From Pseudomonadota bacterium (GTDB taxonomy: Bacteria; UBA10199; 2-02-FULL-44-16; DYJF01), in NCBI GenBank assembly GCA_043823065.1, contig JBDRBB010000008.1, positions 159,355 through 223,354 of the forward strand: a DNA stretch of 64,000 bases. Reading direction: 5' to 3'. The notes below the pieces were generated by a model that saw only the letters and a program-made list of their open reading frames with translations, was not told the DNA's origin and searched no databases. Every line of letters begins with the position of its first letter. The stretch's first letter is position 1. Positions 39,734-49,522 of the stretch are shown here, in pieces. Made by a program: the position numbers and the translations under genes.

Positions 39734-40569
39734 TGAGGGGATTTCTTAAAACACAGAATGTAAAGAAAAAGGGGATCGTTGCTAGGCATTTTAGGGCGGT
39801 GGAGCGAATTCTGTTTTCTCTAGCCGTGGTCTTTGGAGGGCTAGCCCTGCTTTATGGTTTATATTTAGTAATTGTGTTTGGTCCATTTTTTAATGTGGAA
39901 AAAGTAATTGTGGCTGGGGAATTAACTCATTTAAATCAAAGCCAGGTGGAGACATTGGCCAAAGTTAGTCCAGGGCAAAAGCTGTTTGGCGTAAACGTGC
40001 AAAAAATGCATTTGAACTTAAAAAAACATCCTTGGGTCAAGCAGGCTACAGTTAGAAGACGGTTGCCAGATACGGTTTGGATTTATATTGAAGAATATCA
40101 GCCAGTGGCCATTTTCATTAATAAGAACAAGCCATATTTTGTGGACGAACAAGGTATTGCGTTTAAGCAAATAGAAGCAGGAGAATCTAAAAATTTCGAA
40201 ATTATTTCAGGATTGAGAAATTTTGAAAATCAGCAAGAATTACAGGCAGAGCTTAAACAAAGTTTGGAACTTATTAGTTTATATAAAAAATCTAAGTTTA
40301 GCCAGATTTTGGGGATTGCAGAACTGCATTATGCCAAGCCATATGGATTTTCTATTATTACAGAAAAAGGCCCGATAGAAATATTTTTGGGAAATAGTTT
40401 TTCCCAGGAAAAATTTCAGATTCTGGATCATTATCCAGGGGTGATTGAACGAGCTCAGGAAAAAATTAGATATATTTTTGCCAATAATGAGAATAGGATT
40501 GCTGTGGGTTATGAGGATGTTTCCCAAGCGGTGTCATTCTCGCGAAAGCGGGAATCCAGTGCGTTATAA
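39733..40569 (+). CDS. ftsQ: Cell division protein FtsQ/DivIB (POTRA domain); the C-terminal 12 aa are encoded by a hairpin repeat
   Basis: Bitopic protein with an N-terminal TM helix, then POTRA-like region. Conserved position before ftsA. The tail VSFSRKRESSAL is encoded by the hairpin-family copy at 40533-40556. Confidence 0.65.
   Translation: MRGFLKTQNVKKKGIVARHFRAVERILFSLAVVFGGLALLYGLYLVIVFGPFFNVEKVIVAGELTHLNQSQVETLAKVSPGQKLFGVNVQKMHLNLKKHPWVKQATVRRRLPDTVWIYIEEYQPVAIFINKNKPYFVDEQGIAFKQIEAGESKNFEIISGLRNFENQQELQAELKQSLELISLYKKSKFSQILGIAELHYAKPYGFSIITEKGPIEIFLGNSFSQEKFQILDHYPGVIERAQEKIRYIFANNENRIAVGYEDVSQAVSFSRKRESSAL
40533..40556. repeat. Hairpin element copy 3 (GTCATTCTCGCGAAAGCGGGAATC, one stem mismatch) forming the 3' end of ftsQ
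   Basis: Same element as 30258 and 33388, here in a different reading frame. The ftsQ stop codon follows immediately. Confidence 0.7.
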
Positions 40570-40602
40570 TTTGATAGCATAAAAATTTTAAGGGGGGTGT
40601 TT

Positions 40603-41829
40603 ATGGCGAAAAAGGATGAGTTTGTAGTGGGGTTGGATATTGGCACAACCAAAATTTGTGCCATTGTGGGAGAAGTTACAGAGGATGGGATCGATGTAGT
40701 AGGAATTGGTTCGCATCCTTCAAAAGGCTTGCGCAAAGGAGTTGTAATCAATATTGACAGCACCGTCTCTTCTATCAAAAGCGCTATTGAGGAGGCAGAG
40801 CTAATGGCTGGCAGCGAGATATCTTCAGTGTTTGCTGGTATCTCAGGAGGCCACATCAAAGGCATCAATAGCCATGGCATTGTAGCTATTAAGAACAAAG
40901 AGGTGTGCCAGGCAGATGTGGAGCGCGTGATTGACGCTTCCCAGGCAGTATCCATCCCTCTGGATAGAGAAGTTATCCATGTTATTCCTCAACAGTATAT
41001 TGTGGATGAGCAAGACGGGGTAAGAGATCCTATTGGAATGAGTGGGGTTAGATTAGAGGCCAGAGTGCACATTGTTACAGGCGCGGTTACCTCTGCCCAA
41101 AATATTATTAAATGCTGTAATCGGGCAGGGCTTAATGTGAATGATATTATTTTGCAACAACTGGCTTCCAGCGAGGCATCTCTGACCATAGATGAAAAAG
41201 AGTTGGGCGTGGTTCTGGTGGATATAGGCGGCGGTACCACAGATATTGCTATTTATTCTAATGGCAGCGTGACCCACACTTCTGTGCTGGCTATCGGTGG
41301 CAACCATTTAACCAATGATATTGCTGTGGGGTTGCGCACACCAGCGCATGAAGCAGAAAGAATTAAGCTAAAGTATGGTTGTGCCATGGCTGGTATGGTG
41401 CACAAAGATGAAACCATTGAGGTGCCATCAGTTGGCGGCCGGAATCCCCGCGTGCTTTCTCGCCAAATCTTAGCTGAAATTGTGGAGCCGCGCATGGAAG
41501 AGGTTTTCACTTTAGTGCAGCAAGAAATTGTGCGTTCTGGTTGTGAAGACATGATTGCAGCTGGAGTGGTTTTAACCGGCGGCACGTCAGCCATGGAAGG
41601 TGTTCCAGAATTAGCTGAACAGGTTTTTAATTTGCCAGTTCGTCGCGGAGTGCCCAAAGGCATTGGTGGTTTGGTGGATGTGGTAAGAAGCCCAATTTAT
41701 GCCACAGGAGTTGGTTTGGTCCAAGTGGGCAGCAAATGCACAGATAGCAAGCGTTTTAAGATTAAAGATAAAAATATCTATTCCAAGGTTAGAGGAAGAA
41801 TGAAAGAGTGGTTGGGGGAAATGTTTTGA
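40603..41829 (+). CDS. ftsA: Cell division protein FtsA
   Basis: Actin-fold motifs (VGLDIGTTKI, DIGGGTTD). AGGGGGG RBS before ATG 40603. Confidence 0.85.
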   Translation: MAKKDEFVVGLDIGTTKICAIVGEVTEDGIDVVGIGSHPSKGLRKGVVINIDSTVSSIKSAIEEAELMAGSEISSVFAGISGGHIKGINSHGIVAIKNKEVCQADVERVIDASQAVSIPLDREVIHVIPQQYIVDEQDGVRDPIGMSGVRLEARVHIVTGAVTSAQNIIKCCNRAGLNVNDIILQQLASSEASLTIDEKELGVVLVDIGGGTTDIAIYSNGSVTHTSVLAIGGNHLTNDIAVGLRTPAHEAERIKLKYGCAMAGMVHKDETIEVPSVGGRNPRVLSRQILAEIVEPRMEEVFTLVQQEIVRSGCEDMIAAGVVLTGGTSAMEGVPELAEQVFNLPVRRGVPKGIGGLVDVVRSPIYATGVGLVQVGSKCTDSKRFKIKDKNIYSKVRGRMKEWLGEMF

Positions 41830-41832
41830 TTA

Positions 41833-41893
41833 GTTCTCGACTCGCATGAGCTCGCTCGAACAATAATAGTCTTCGAGCGTAGTCGAGAAGATG
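41833..41893. repeat. Mosaic palindromic intergenic repeat (copy C) between ftsA and ftsZ
   Basis: AGTTCTCGACTCGCATGAGCTCGCTCGAACAATAATAGTCTTCGAGCGTAGTCGAGAAGATGATC. Confidence 0.7.
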
Positions 41894-41921
41894 ATCAACT
41901 TAAAAGATAAAGGGGGGTAAA

Positions 41922-43238
41922 ATGTTTGAACTTGTCGAAAATAACTTAGCACCAAATGCAAAAATTAAAGTGGTTGGTGTAGGCGGTGGCGGTGGTAATG
42001 CTATTAATACCATGATGGATCTTTATATTGATGGTGTGGATTTTATTGCAGCAAATACAGATATTCAGGCTTTAAGAGTAAATTCTGCTTCAACCAAAAT
42101 TCAATTAGGCAGAGAATTGACCAAAGGATTGGGTGCAGGAGCAAATCCAGATGTTGGTAAGAATGCAGCCTTAGAAGATCAGCGTTGTATTGTCGAGGCT
42201 CTGCAAGGAGCAGACATGGTATTTATTACTGCTGGTATGGGTGGCGGTACAGGTACTGGCGGGGCGCCAGTAATTGCCAAGTTAGCCAAAGAAATGGGCG
42301 CCTTAGTTGTGGGTGTGGTAACCAGACCCTTTGCTTTTGAAGGCAGGCATCGTTCTTTGCAAGCAGAAAGAGGGATTGCGGAGTTGCGCGATAATGTTGA
42401 TACCTTAATTACCATTCCCAATGAAAAATTGCTAACATTGGTTGGTCATGATGTTACTGTGGTTAATGCTTTTCAACGCGCCGATGAGGTTTTGCATCAA
42501 GCAGTAAAAGGCATTTCAGATTTAATAACCGTGCATGGTTTGATTAATTTAGATTTTGCTGATGTCAGAACAGTAATGAATGAAATGGGTATGGCTTTGA
42601 TGGGAACTGGCGAATCTTCAGATGAAGATCGGGCTATTGATGCAGCTGCCAAAGCTACTTCTTCGCCACTTCTGGAAGATATGTCGATTAAGGGCGCTAC
42701 GGGCATCTTAATCAATATCACAGGTGGACCAGATATGACCTTGCATGAAATCAACGAAGCTTCCAAAATTATTCAGACCGAAGCCCATGATGACGCCAAT
42801 ATTTTGTTTGGCGCAGTGATAGATGAAAAAATGGAAGGTAGAGTAAGGGTAACCGTGATAGCCACTGGTTTTAACAAGCCTTTGCATAAGTCTGCTAAAA
42901 ATCAGGTTACAGCAGCAAAAACAAATACTGTTTCCACTGTGGCTAATGTGCCCCCACCAATGCAGCAAATAAAATCGCAAACCTGGTCTGCTCCGCAAGT
43001 TGCTCCAGCCAGTTCTGGCAGTCATTTCATGTCCAGCAGAATGCATGGCAACTATCCAGTAGGAGCTATGCGCAATGCTCCAGGCGAAGGGCATTTTCAG
43101 GTCAGCACAGACTTGCCTTTAGCTAAAGCAGCTCTGATCAGTGAAAACAAGGATTTGGGGTTGGAAACTGCAATTATGTCGGAATATAGCGAGGATGAAT
43201 ATGATATCCCAACTTTTTTGCGTAAACAGGCAGATTAA
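41922..43238 (+). CDS. ftsZ: Cell division GTPase FtsZ
   Basis: GGGTGTG tubulin signature, a long disordered linker and a conserved C-terminal peptide (DIPTFLRK). Confidence 0.9.
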   Translation: MFELVENNLAPNAKIKVVGVGGGGGNAINTMMDLYIDGVDFIAANTDIQALRVNSASTKIQLGRELTKGLGAGANPDVGKNAALEDQRCIVEALQGADMVFITAGMGGGTGTGGAPVIAKLAKEMGALVVGVVTRPFAFEGRHRSLQAERGIAELRDNVDTLITIPNEKLLTLVGHDVTVVNAFQRADEVLHQAVKGISDLITVHGLINLDFADVRTVMNEMGMALMGTGESSDEDRAIDAAAKATSSPLLEDMSIKGATGILINITGGPDMTLHEINEASKIIQTEAHDDANILFGAVIDEKMEGRVRVTVIATGFNKPLHKSAKNQVTAAKTNTVSTVANVPPPMQQIKSQTWSAPQVAPASSGSHFMSSRMHGNYPVGAMRNAPGEGHFQVSTDLPLAKAALISENKDLGLETAIMSEYSEDEYDIPTFLRKQAD

Positions 43239-43314
43239 TGATTTTTTGAGCAACATTTTGGCAGAAGGGGCGATAACATTTTATAGTAGGTAAACCAAAA
43301 TAATAAGGGGTCAC

Positions 43315-45273
43315 ATGAGATTCAAACATATCTTTGCCTTAATAATAATCATCGCTTTTCTTGGAGGCTGTGCCAAAGATCATTATAGTTCAAGATATAA
43401 GAGCGTTGATGAAAGAAAGCGTTATGCCAAAGAGCATAACCTGAACCGTCTGCCCCCTTCAGACGTTCCTCTGGTGATGAATGAAAGAGTTATTGCCTGG
43501 CTGGAATATTTTCAGGGTCGTGGTCGCGATCATATGCAGCGTTATTTGGAGCGATCAGGGCGTTATATTGATTTAATGCAGGATATCTTGCGCCAGAATA
43601 ATTTGCCCGAGGATTTGATTTACGTGGCCTTAATTGAAAGCGGTTTTAATGACAATGCTTATTCCAAAGCGCATGCTGTTGGCCCCTGGCAGTTTATCAG
43701 AGGTACTGGCAAACGTTATGGATTGGTAATCAATAATTGGCTGGATGAAAGACGCGATCCAATCAAGGCTACCTGGGCTGCTGCCAAATATTTGCAAGAT
43801 TTATATAATGAGTTCGGCGATTGGTATCTGGCCATGGCTGGCTATAACGCTGGTGAAGGCAAGGTGAGAAAAGTAATCAAAAGTTCAGGCACCAAAGATT
43901 ATTGGGAAATAGTGGAAGGGGGGCGGGAATATTTTAGGGCAGAAACCAGGGATTATGTTCCTAAATTTATTGCAGCAGCGATTATTGCCAAAACCCCGGA
44001 AAACTTTGGATTTAAGAATTTGGAATATGAATCTCCCCTGGATTATGAAGTGGCGCCAGTTGATACCCAAACAGATTTAAAAGTTATTGCTGAATGTGCA
44101 GGAATCTCTCATGAAGAGGTTGTTAGGTTAAATGCTCATTTGGTTGGTGGTACTACACCTCCTAATGTTAGTGATTATTTGGTCAAATTACCAGTTGGCA
44201 CAACCGAAGTATTTAAGGAAAAATACGCGGCAGTGCCCCAAAGCGAGCGAATTCTCATTGTTTATCATAAAATCAGGCGTGGAGATACCATTGGTACTAT
44301 TGCCAATCGCTATGGTGTTTCTGCCAACGCGCTTTTAAGCGCTAACGATATTCCCTATAGCAAAAGAAATCGTATTAGTGTGGGGCGCACTTTGGTAATT
44401 CCCAAGAACGGCCAGGCTAGATCTGCCCAGCTATCTGAGGCTAGTGTCAAAACCCCAAGAAATTCTTCATCCGTACCAGCTTCAACTGGTGTGCCCAAAA
44501 AACATAAGATCAGGTCTGGTGAAACTTTATGGTCGATTTCTAAAAAATATGGTGTTCCAGTAAGGGAATTGATGGCTTTGAATAATCTGGATTCATCATC
44601 CAGGATTCACGCTGGCAAGACCATTGTTATAAGTCGGCCGCCCAGAACAGTGAAAACATCTGCGCCAATTGTGGCCAATGGCAGCACGCATACTTTGCGA
44701 CGTGGCGAAACATTGGGCCAGGTGGCTGGAAAATACAGGGTAAAGCTTTCCCAATTGATGGCCTGGAACAATATTGAAAATCCTAGCAGGGTGAAAGCTG
44801 GTCTGGTTCTAACCATTAGTGATCCAGGAGAAACTGTGCCTAGGGCAACCAACGCGCCTGTGAGCTCGGCCCAAACCCACAAGGTTGCCAAAGGCGAAGC
44901 CTTGGTTTTAATTGCCCGCAAATATGGTGTGACCGTGCAAGAATTGATGGCCTGGAATAATATTAAAGATCCTAGAAGCGTGCGAGCTGGCCAGATATTA
45001 AAAGTGCAAAAGGCAACTGCTGGCCAAACGCCAACATCAGATTCTCCCAATGTTGTGGCAGCTCCAGTTGTTGCGCCTATAACTGAAGATTATATCAATG
45101 CCAATAATGGTCATAGTCCATCATCGTTTAATTACCAGGTCAAACCTGGAGATACTTTGTGGGATATTGCCAGACGCCATAATGTTACTATTTCCGATAT
45201 TCAAACCTGGAACAATCTAAGCGATCCGTCTCAAGTGCGGCCAGGGGATATGTTGGCGATTAAAAGGAAATAG
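43315..45273 (+). CDS. mltD: Membrane-bound lytic murein transglycosylase D-like lipoprotein (SLT domain + five LysM repeats)
   Basis: Lipobox FLGGC. SLT catalytic region (ALIESGFN…GPWQF). Five ~45-aa LysM-like repeats in the C-terminal half. Confidence 0.75.
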   Translation: MRFKHIFALIIIIAFLGGCAKDHYSSRYKSVDERKRYAKEHNLNRLPPSDVPLVMNERVIAWLEYFQGRGRDHMQRYLERSGRYIDLMQDILRQNNLPEDLIYVALIESGFNDNAYSKAHAVGPWQFIRGTGKRYGLVINNWLDERRDPIKATWAAAKYLQDLYNEFGDWYLAMAGYNAGEGKVRKVIKSSGTKDYWEIVEGGREYFRAETRDYVPKFIAAAIIAKTPENFGFKNLEYESPLDYEVAPVDTQTDLKVIAECAGISHEEVVRLNAHLVGGTTPPNVSDYLVKLPVGTTEVFKEKYAAVPQSERILIVYHKIRRGDTIGTIANRYGVSANALLSANDIPYSKRNRISVGRTLVIPKNGQARSAQLSEASVKTPRNSSSVPASTGVPKKHKIRSGETLWSISKKYGVPVRELMALNNLDSSSRIHAGKTIVISRPPRTVKTSAPIVANGSTHTLRRGETLGQVAGKYRVKLSQLMAWNNIENPSRVKAGLVLTISDPGETVPRATNAPVSSAQTHKVAKGEALVLIARKYGVTVQELMAWNNIKDPRSVRAGQILKVQKATAGQTPTSDSPNVVAAPVVAPITEDYINANNGHSPSSFNYQVKPGDTLWDIARRHNVTISDIQTWNNLSDPSQVRPGDMLAIKRK

Positions 45274-45282
45274 AATATTCTT

Positions 45283-47148
45283 ATGAATATATGGTTATCA
45301 AGGGCTAAGAGTTTTGTTCAGTTAGGTTCGGTTGCTTTAATCTTAGGTTTTATCCTGTCTATTATCTGTGCCACTATTGATATCCTGCTAAAGAGATATC
45401 TTCACTATAAGTTATATTATCTATTATTGCTTTCAGTTCAAAAGAACCTCAATAATTGTATTATAAATGTCGTTTTATTTTTTATTATAACTTGGGTTTT
45501 ATTTCTAATCAGCCAAAGGGTTTTTTTTATTTTAACTAAAAATGGAGAAAGGGCCAGATGCGGAGCTGTGTTTGCAGTTTGTTTTGTTTTGCTTGGTTTA
45601 ACCTATGTTTTGATTCCAATGTATATGACCGGAGAGTTGCTTAGGTTTTATTTAGTAGCAGATTTAGTAATAGTTCTGCTTTTAATATGTTTAGGATATT
45701 TTATTATAAAAGAAAAATACAATAATATATTGAATAGTAATTTAATGAATCATGCGCCTAGAACTGCACTGATAATAATGCTGTTTGTAGTTAGCTTTAA
45801 TGTTGGAACTTTTGCTTATAACAAATTTAAGCAACCTCCATTAGGTCCTAATATTATTATTGTGGCAGTTGATGCTTTAAGACCAGATCATTTATCAGCA
45901 TACGGTTACAGCAGGCCTACCTCTCCAACTGTTGCCAAATTAGCTAATGAGGGCGCAATTTTTTATAATGCTTATGCTAATTCATCTTGGACCAAGCCTT
46001 CAGTAGCCACAATTTTTACTTCACTTTATCCTACTCAACATGGTTTAGAAACAGATGAGGCAATATTACCTTATTCAATGTTAACTGCAGCAGAAGTGTT
46101 TAAAAATAATGGTTATCGGACATATTATATTAATGCAGGCAATTTATTTATTGATCAAATAGCTAATTTTGATCAAGGGTTTGAGGATTATGTTTTTCTG
46201 GATATCCCAGATGTTGGTGTTAGTGTGAGAGCAGATGAGGCCATGGAGAACTTATTGCAGGCAGTTTCCAAACATAAAGATGACAGATTTTTTGCCTATG
46301 TCCACCTTATGGATGCTCATGTCCAATATAATAGAAACAAGTTTAACACCTTGTTCACAAAATATTTTGTAAAAGGGTTAGAACCTGGAAATATCAAATC
46401 GCAAGCCATAAGAGAACTTATTCTTAAAAATATGATAAATGAGGAGTTGGTAAATTATTTGGTTAATATCTATGATGGTCAAATTAGATTTGTGGATGAA
46501 TCTATTAAAGAAATGCTTGAAGGTCTGAGGCGCTCTGGAGTGTTGGATAACACTGTTATCATTTTCACTGCAGACCATGGTGAAGAGTTTTGGGATCATG
46601 ACAATTTTGGACATGGCCATTCTATGTATGGAGAAGTAATTAAAGTGCCTTTTATAATCTGGGGGCCAGGTGTAAAGCCCTTGAAAATTCAAACGCCAGT
46701 TCGTTTGGTAGATGCCTTGCCCACTGCTTTGGGCTTGGCTAAAATATCAACCCAGGTTGATGATTTTGAGGGGGTAGATATATTTAAATTTATTAAAGAA
46801 AAAGAAAAACCAGCTCAGCTTCCTGTGTTTGCTTATGGTACCCATTATGGTGATGAAAAAAAGGCTTTAATTAAAGATAATCATAAGTTGATTGTGAATA
46901 CCGTAATAACTGAAGGAAATGCTGCCTTGGAAGGGCCTCATAGCCAAGTTCTAGAAGAATTGTATGATCTAGAAAAAGATGAACGGGAAAGGAATAATTT
47001 GATAAATAAAAAACCAGATTTAGCTTCTTACCTGAATAGAGAGTTAAATGCTTATTTGAAACCAACCAAATCCTTTAATATACAAAAATTCAAGTCAGTA
47101 ACTGATGAGAGAATAGAGAAACTCAAAGCTTTGGGTTATGTTCAATAG
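45283..47148 (+). CDS. Polytopic membrane sulfatase-family protein (LtaS/EptA-like alkaline-phosphatase-superfamily transferase)
   Basis: About five N-terminal TM helices, then a sulfatase core (IIIVAVDALRPDHLSAYGY…, TADHGEEF). C-terminus …LKALGYVQ is identical to the tail of the 16536..18974 protein. Confidence 0.6.
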   Translation: MNIWLSRAKSFVQLGSVALILGFILSIICATIDILLKRYLHYKLYYLLLLSVQKNLNNCIINVVLFFIITWVLFLISQRVFFILTKNGERARCGAVFAVCFVLLGLTYVLIPMYMTGELLRFYLVADLVIVLLLICLGYFIIKEKYNNILNSNLMNHAPRTALIIMLFVVSFNVGTFAYNKFKQPPLGPNIIIVAVDALRPDHLSAYGYSRPTSPTVAKLANEGAIFYNAYANSSWTKPSVATIFTSLYPTQHGLETDEAILPYSMLTAAEVFKNNGYRTYYINAGNLFIDQIANFDQGFEDYVFLDIPDVGVSVRADEAMENLLQAVSKHKDDRFFAYVHLMDAHVQYNRNKFNTLFTKYFVKGLEPGNIKSQAIRELILKNMINEELVNYLVNIYDGQIRFVDESIKEMLEGLRRSGVLDNTVIIFTADHGEEFWDHDNFGHGHSMYGEVIKVPFIIWGPGVKPLKIQTPVRLVDALPTALGLAKISTQVDDFEGVDIFKFIKEKEKPAQLPVFAYGTHYGDEKKALIKDNHKLIVNTVITEGNAALEGPHSQVLEELYDLEKDERERNNLINKKPDLASYLNRELNAYLKPTKSFNIQKFKSVTDERIEKLKALGYVQ

Positions 47149-47150
47149 TG

Positions 47151-47798
47151 CTAGGATATGGTGAATCTGAATTTAATAGCTGAAATTAAATAAAGAAAAA
47201 TACGTTTTAGGTCTGTGTTTTTGGATGTACCTGTCTTTCGAGTAGCGTAAAAATAAGGTATTTCAGCAATACGCTTAAAGCGATTATGCCGCATATATTC
47301 CAAACTCCATTCAGTATTGCCTTGTTTTTGGTAATTAAAACATTCTTTTTTAGAAATAATAAAGCCACCTGTAATTTCTTTTGATCTAACTCCCAGAATA
47401 CAAGACATAATCAGATTATAAATACGGAATAAATAGTAACGGAACTTATCTTCCATGCCTCCGCCGGCAGCAAATCTGGAGAATTTAATTATATCAACTA
47501 AATCTTGTTCTACTAAACTGCGGCAACGCAGCATTTTAAGTGGGTGAGAAAAATCAGCATCCATAATTGCCACAACTTCGTGGGAAGCAGCTTTAACTCC
47601 ATCATACACCGCAGTGCCACAACCAAGTAACCCTGGTCTCTGAATAACTTTGCATTCAAATGAGTTAGCTACTTGAACGGTCTCATCAGTGCTGGCATCA
47701 TCAACCACGACAATTTCATCACATTCATTTTTGAGTTGTGGTAAAAGAATTTTTAAGTTCGTGGCTTCATTAACTGTGGGTACAATTACGCTTAGCAT
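47151..47798 (-). CDS. Family-2 glycosyltransferase (polyprenyl-phosphate sugar transferase-like)
   Basis: MLSVIVPTVNEATNL…VVDDASTDET is the GT2 N-terminal signature. Length is 215 aa. Confidence 0.7.
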   Translation of the reverse strand: MLSVIVPTVNEATNLKILLPQLKNECDEIVVVDDASTDETVQVANSFECKVIQRPGLLGCGTAVYDGVKAASHEVVAIMDADFSHPLKMLRCRSLVEQDLVDIIKFSRFAAGGGMEDKFRYYLFRIYNLIMSCILGVRSKEITGGFIISKKECFNYQKQGNTEWSLEYMRHNRFKRIAEIPYFYATRKTGTSKNTDLKRIFLYLISAIKFRFTIS

Positions 47799-47817
47799 AG
47801 TTCCCTTTTAAAAATTT

Positions 47818-47882
47818 AGCTTTCGAGTTTATCGAGAAACTAAATTTTTGCTTCTCGACTCGCTTGCGCTTGCTCGAAGGAT
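47818..47882. repeat. Mosaic palindromic repeat (copy D) between two same-strand glycan genes
   Basis: TTTCGAGTTTATCGAGAAA … CTTCTCGACTCGCTTGCGCTTGCTCGAAGGATATA. Confidence 0.55.
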
Positions 47883-47893
47883 ATATGTAACCA

Positions 47894-48589
47894 CTATTCA
47901 TACTTCTTAATAACTTTTGCTGGGTTGCCGTAAACTAAAACATTATTCGGTATATCTTCTACAACCACTGAACCTGCTCCAATGTAGGAGTTGTTCCCAA
48001 TGATTGTGCGATCTATAATACTAGAACCAATTCCAATAAAAGTATGATCATTCACTGTAACCTTGCCTCCTAAAGAAACACCAGGTGAAATAAATACATT
48101 TTTACCTAAATTGCAGTCATGGTCTATGTTACAATTAGTGTTCAAGACACATAGATCTTTAATATTACAATTTGGGTTAGCAACTGCCCCTGCCATGGCA
48201 ACAATGCCTTGTCCTAATTTGACAGAATTTGAAATTATGGCTTGAGGATGAATAAAATTAGGAAAGCTTAGTCCTAAATTGGTGAGATCTTCAAATATTT
48301 TTAAACGAGCCTTGCTATATTCAAAACCCATACCCAACACAGCAGCTTCAATGCCAAGATCCTTAAGTTTGGGAAATAAGCTGTCATCTCCTAACACTGG
48401 TAAGTCACGACACTTTTGGTTTTGAAGCTGTGGTGACTTGTCAATATAACCAATAATATCATACTCATTGGTTAGTTGCACCAGTTCCAATACCGGACCA
48501 GCATGTAATCCAGCGCCTACAATTACAATTTTTTTCTTATTAGATTTAATAATGCACCCTATAGCTTTAATAATATTCCACATTGGCAA
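47894..48589 (-). CDS. NeuD/PglD-family sugar N/O-acetyltransferase (left-handed beta-helix)
   Basis: N-terminal Rossmann-like region (IVIVGAGLHAG) plus C-terminal hexapeptide repeats. Confidence 0.7.
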   Translation of the reverse strand: MPMWNIIKAIGCIIKSNKKKIVIVGAGLHAGPVLELVQLTNEYDIIGYIDKSPQLQNQKCRDLPVLGDDSLFPKLKDLGIEAAVLGMGFEYSKARLKIFEDLTNLGLSFPNFIHPQAIISNSVKLGQGIVAMAGAVANPNCNIKDLCVLNTNCNIDHDCNLGKNVFISPGVSLGGKVTVNDHTFIGIGSSIIDRTIIGNNSYIGAGSVVVEDIPNNVLVYGNPAKVIKKYE

Positions 48590-49508
48590 AGTCAGAATTA
48601 ATTTTTAAACAGGAAAAAGCTTTTATCAGTTCTGATATTCCATTATCTATATCAATGCTCAAATTAAAACCAGCCTGTTTAATCTTGGCAAAACTAATTT
48701 GGTAATTCCTCTTGTCTGGATCAAAATCTTTATCTGAAAAAAACAAGACATAATCTACTTGTTTTTGAATGCGCAGGCACAGTTCCTCTTTGGTGAAATT
48801 AGCTTCTTCAGAACCGCAATTATAGGCATTGTTTTTTATTTTATCAAAATTTTCAATGGCAAATATAATACTTTTGGCCATATCTTGTACATGAATAAAG
48901 GCGCGCTTGAAATGTCTTTCAAATACAACCAGTGTTTTATTTTTTACTGCCTTAAAAACAAAATCATTAGGCATTAGATCTAAACGCAGTCTAGGAGATA
49001 TGCCATAGCCAGTGGCAAAACGGTAGGTTACACAATTACCTTGGTCTAAAATGGCTTTTTCCGCTTCTGCTTTAGATTTGCCGTAAAGAGAAATTGGTTC
49101 TTGCGGGGTTTCTTCAGTACAAAGACCAGAAATGGCTTGGCGTGTGCCATAGCCGCTGGTTGAGCTAGGGAAAAATAGGGGAATTTGGCCCCTTAATTTG
49201 TTGATTAAACAGGCAGCCTCATAATTGATTTCCCAGCTTGATCTTTCATCTTTTTTGCAGGCTGGCGCTCCGACAATAGCTGCCAAATGAACTACAAATT
49301 CGATCTCTTTAAGGGCTGTTTTTACAGTGTTTTCTTGTCGAATGTCGCCTTCAATAAACTCAAAATTGGGATTTAAAAAATGCGGAAATAAAGTTGTTTG
49401 ATTATAAATAAGTTTATCCAATACGCGTACCTGATGATTTTTTGCCAATAGCTGCGGTACAAGCGTTGAACCTATAAAACCAGCTCCACCTGTTACTAAT
49501 ATCTTCAT
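48567..49508 (-). CDS. NAD-dependent sugar epimerase/dehydratase (SDR family)
   Basis: MKILVTGGAGFIGS and a YxxxK active-site motif (YGKSK). Confidence 0.7.
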   Translation of the reverse strand: MKILVTGGAGFIGSTLVPQLLAKNHQVRVLDKLIYNQTTLFPHFLNPNFEFIEGDIRQENTVKTALKEIEFVVHLAAIVGAPACKKDERSSWEINYEAACLINKLRGQIPLFFPSSTSGYGTRQAISGLCTEETPQEPISLYGKSKAEAEKAILDQGNCVTYRFATGYGISPRLRLDLMPNDFVFKAVKNKTLVVFERHFKRAFIHVQDMAKSIIFAIENFDKIKNNAYNCGSEEANFTKEELCLRIQKQVDYVLFFSDKDFDPDKRNYQISFAKIKQAGFNLSIDIDNGISELIKAFSCLKINSDFANVEYY

Positions 49509-49522
49509 TGTATTCTCCTGAT

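Noticed and set aside
40509-41663. Long antisense ORFs (40509..40955, 41053..41307, 41253..41663) inside ftsQ/ftsA
   Set aside because: These are shadow ORFs on the opposite strand of well-supported ftsQ/ftsA genes, with no RBS and no recognisable domains.
44607-45050. 147-aa minus-strand ORF inside the mltD LysM region
   Set aside because: It is antisense to the clearly periodic LysM repeats and has no independent signals.
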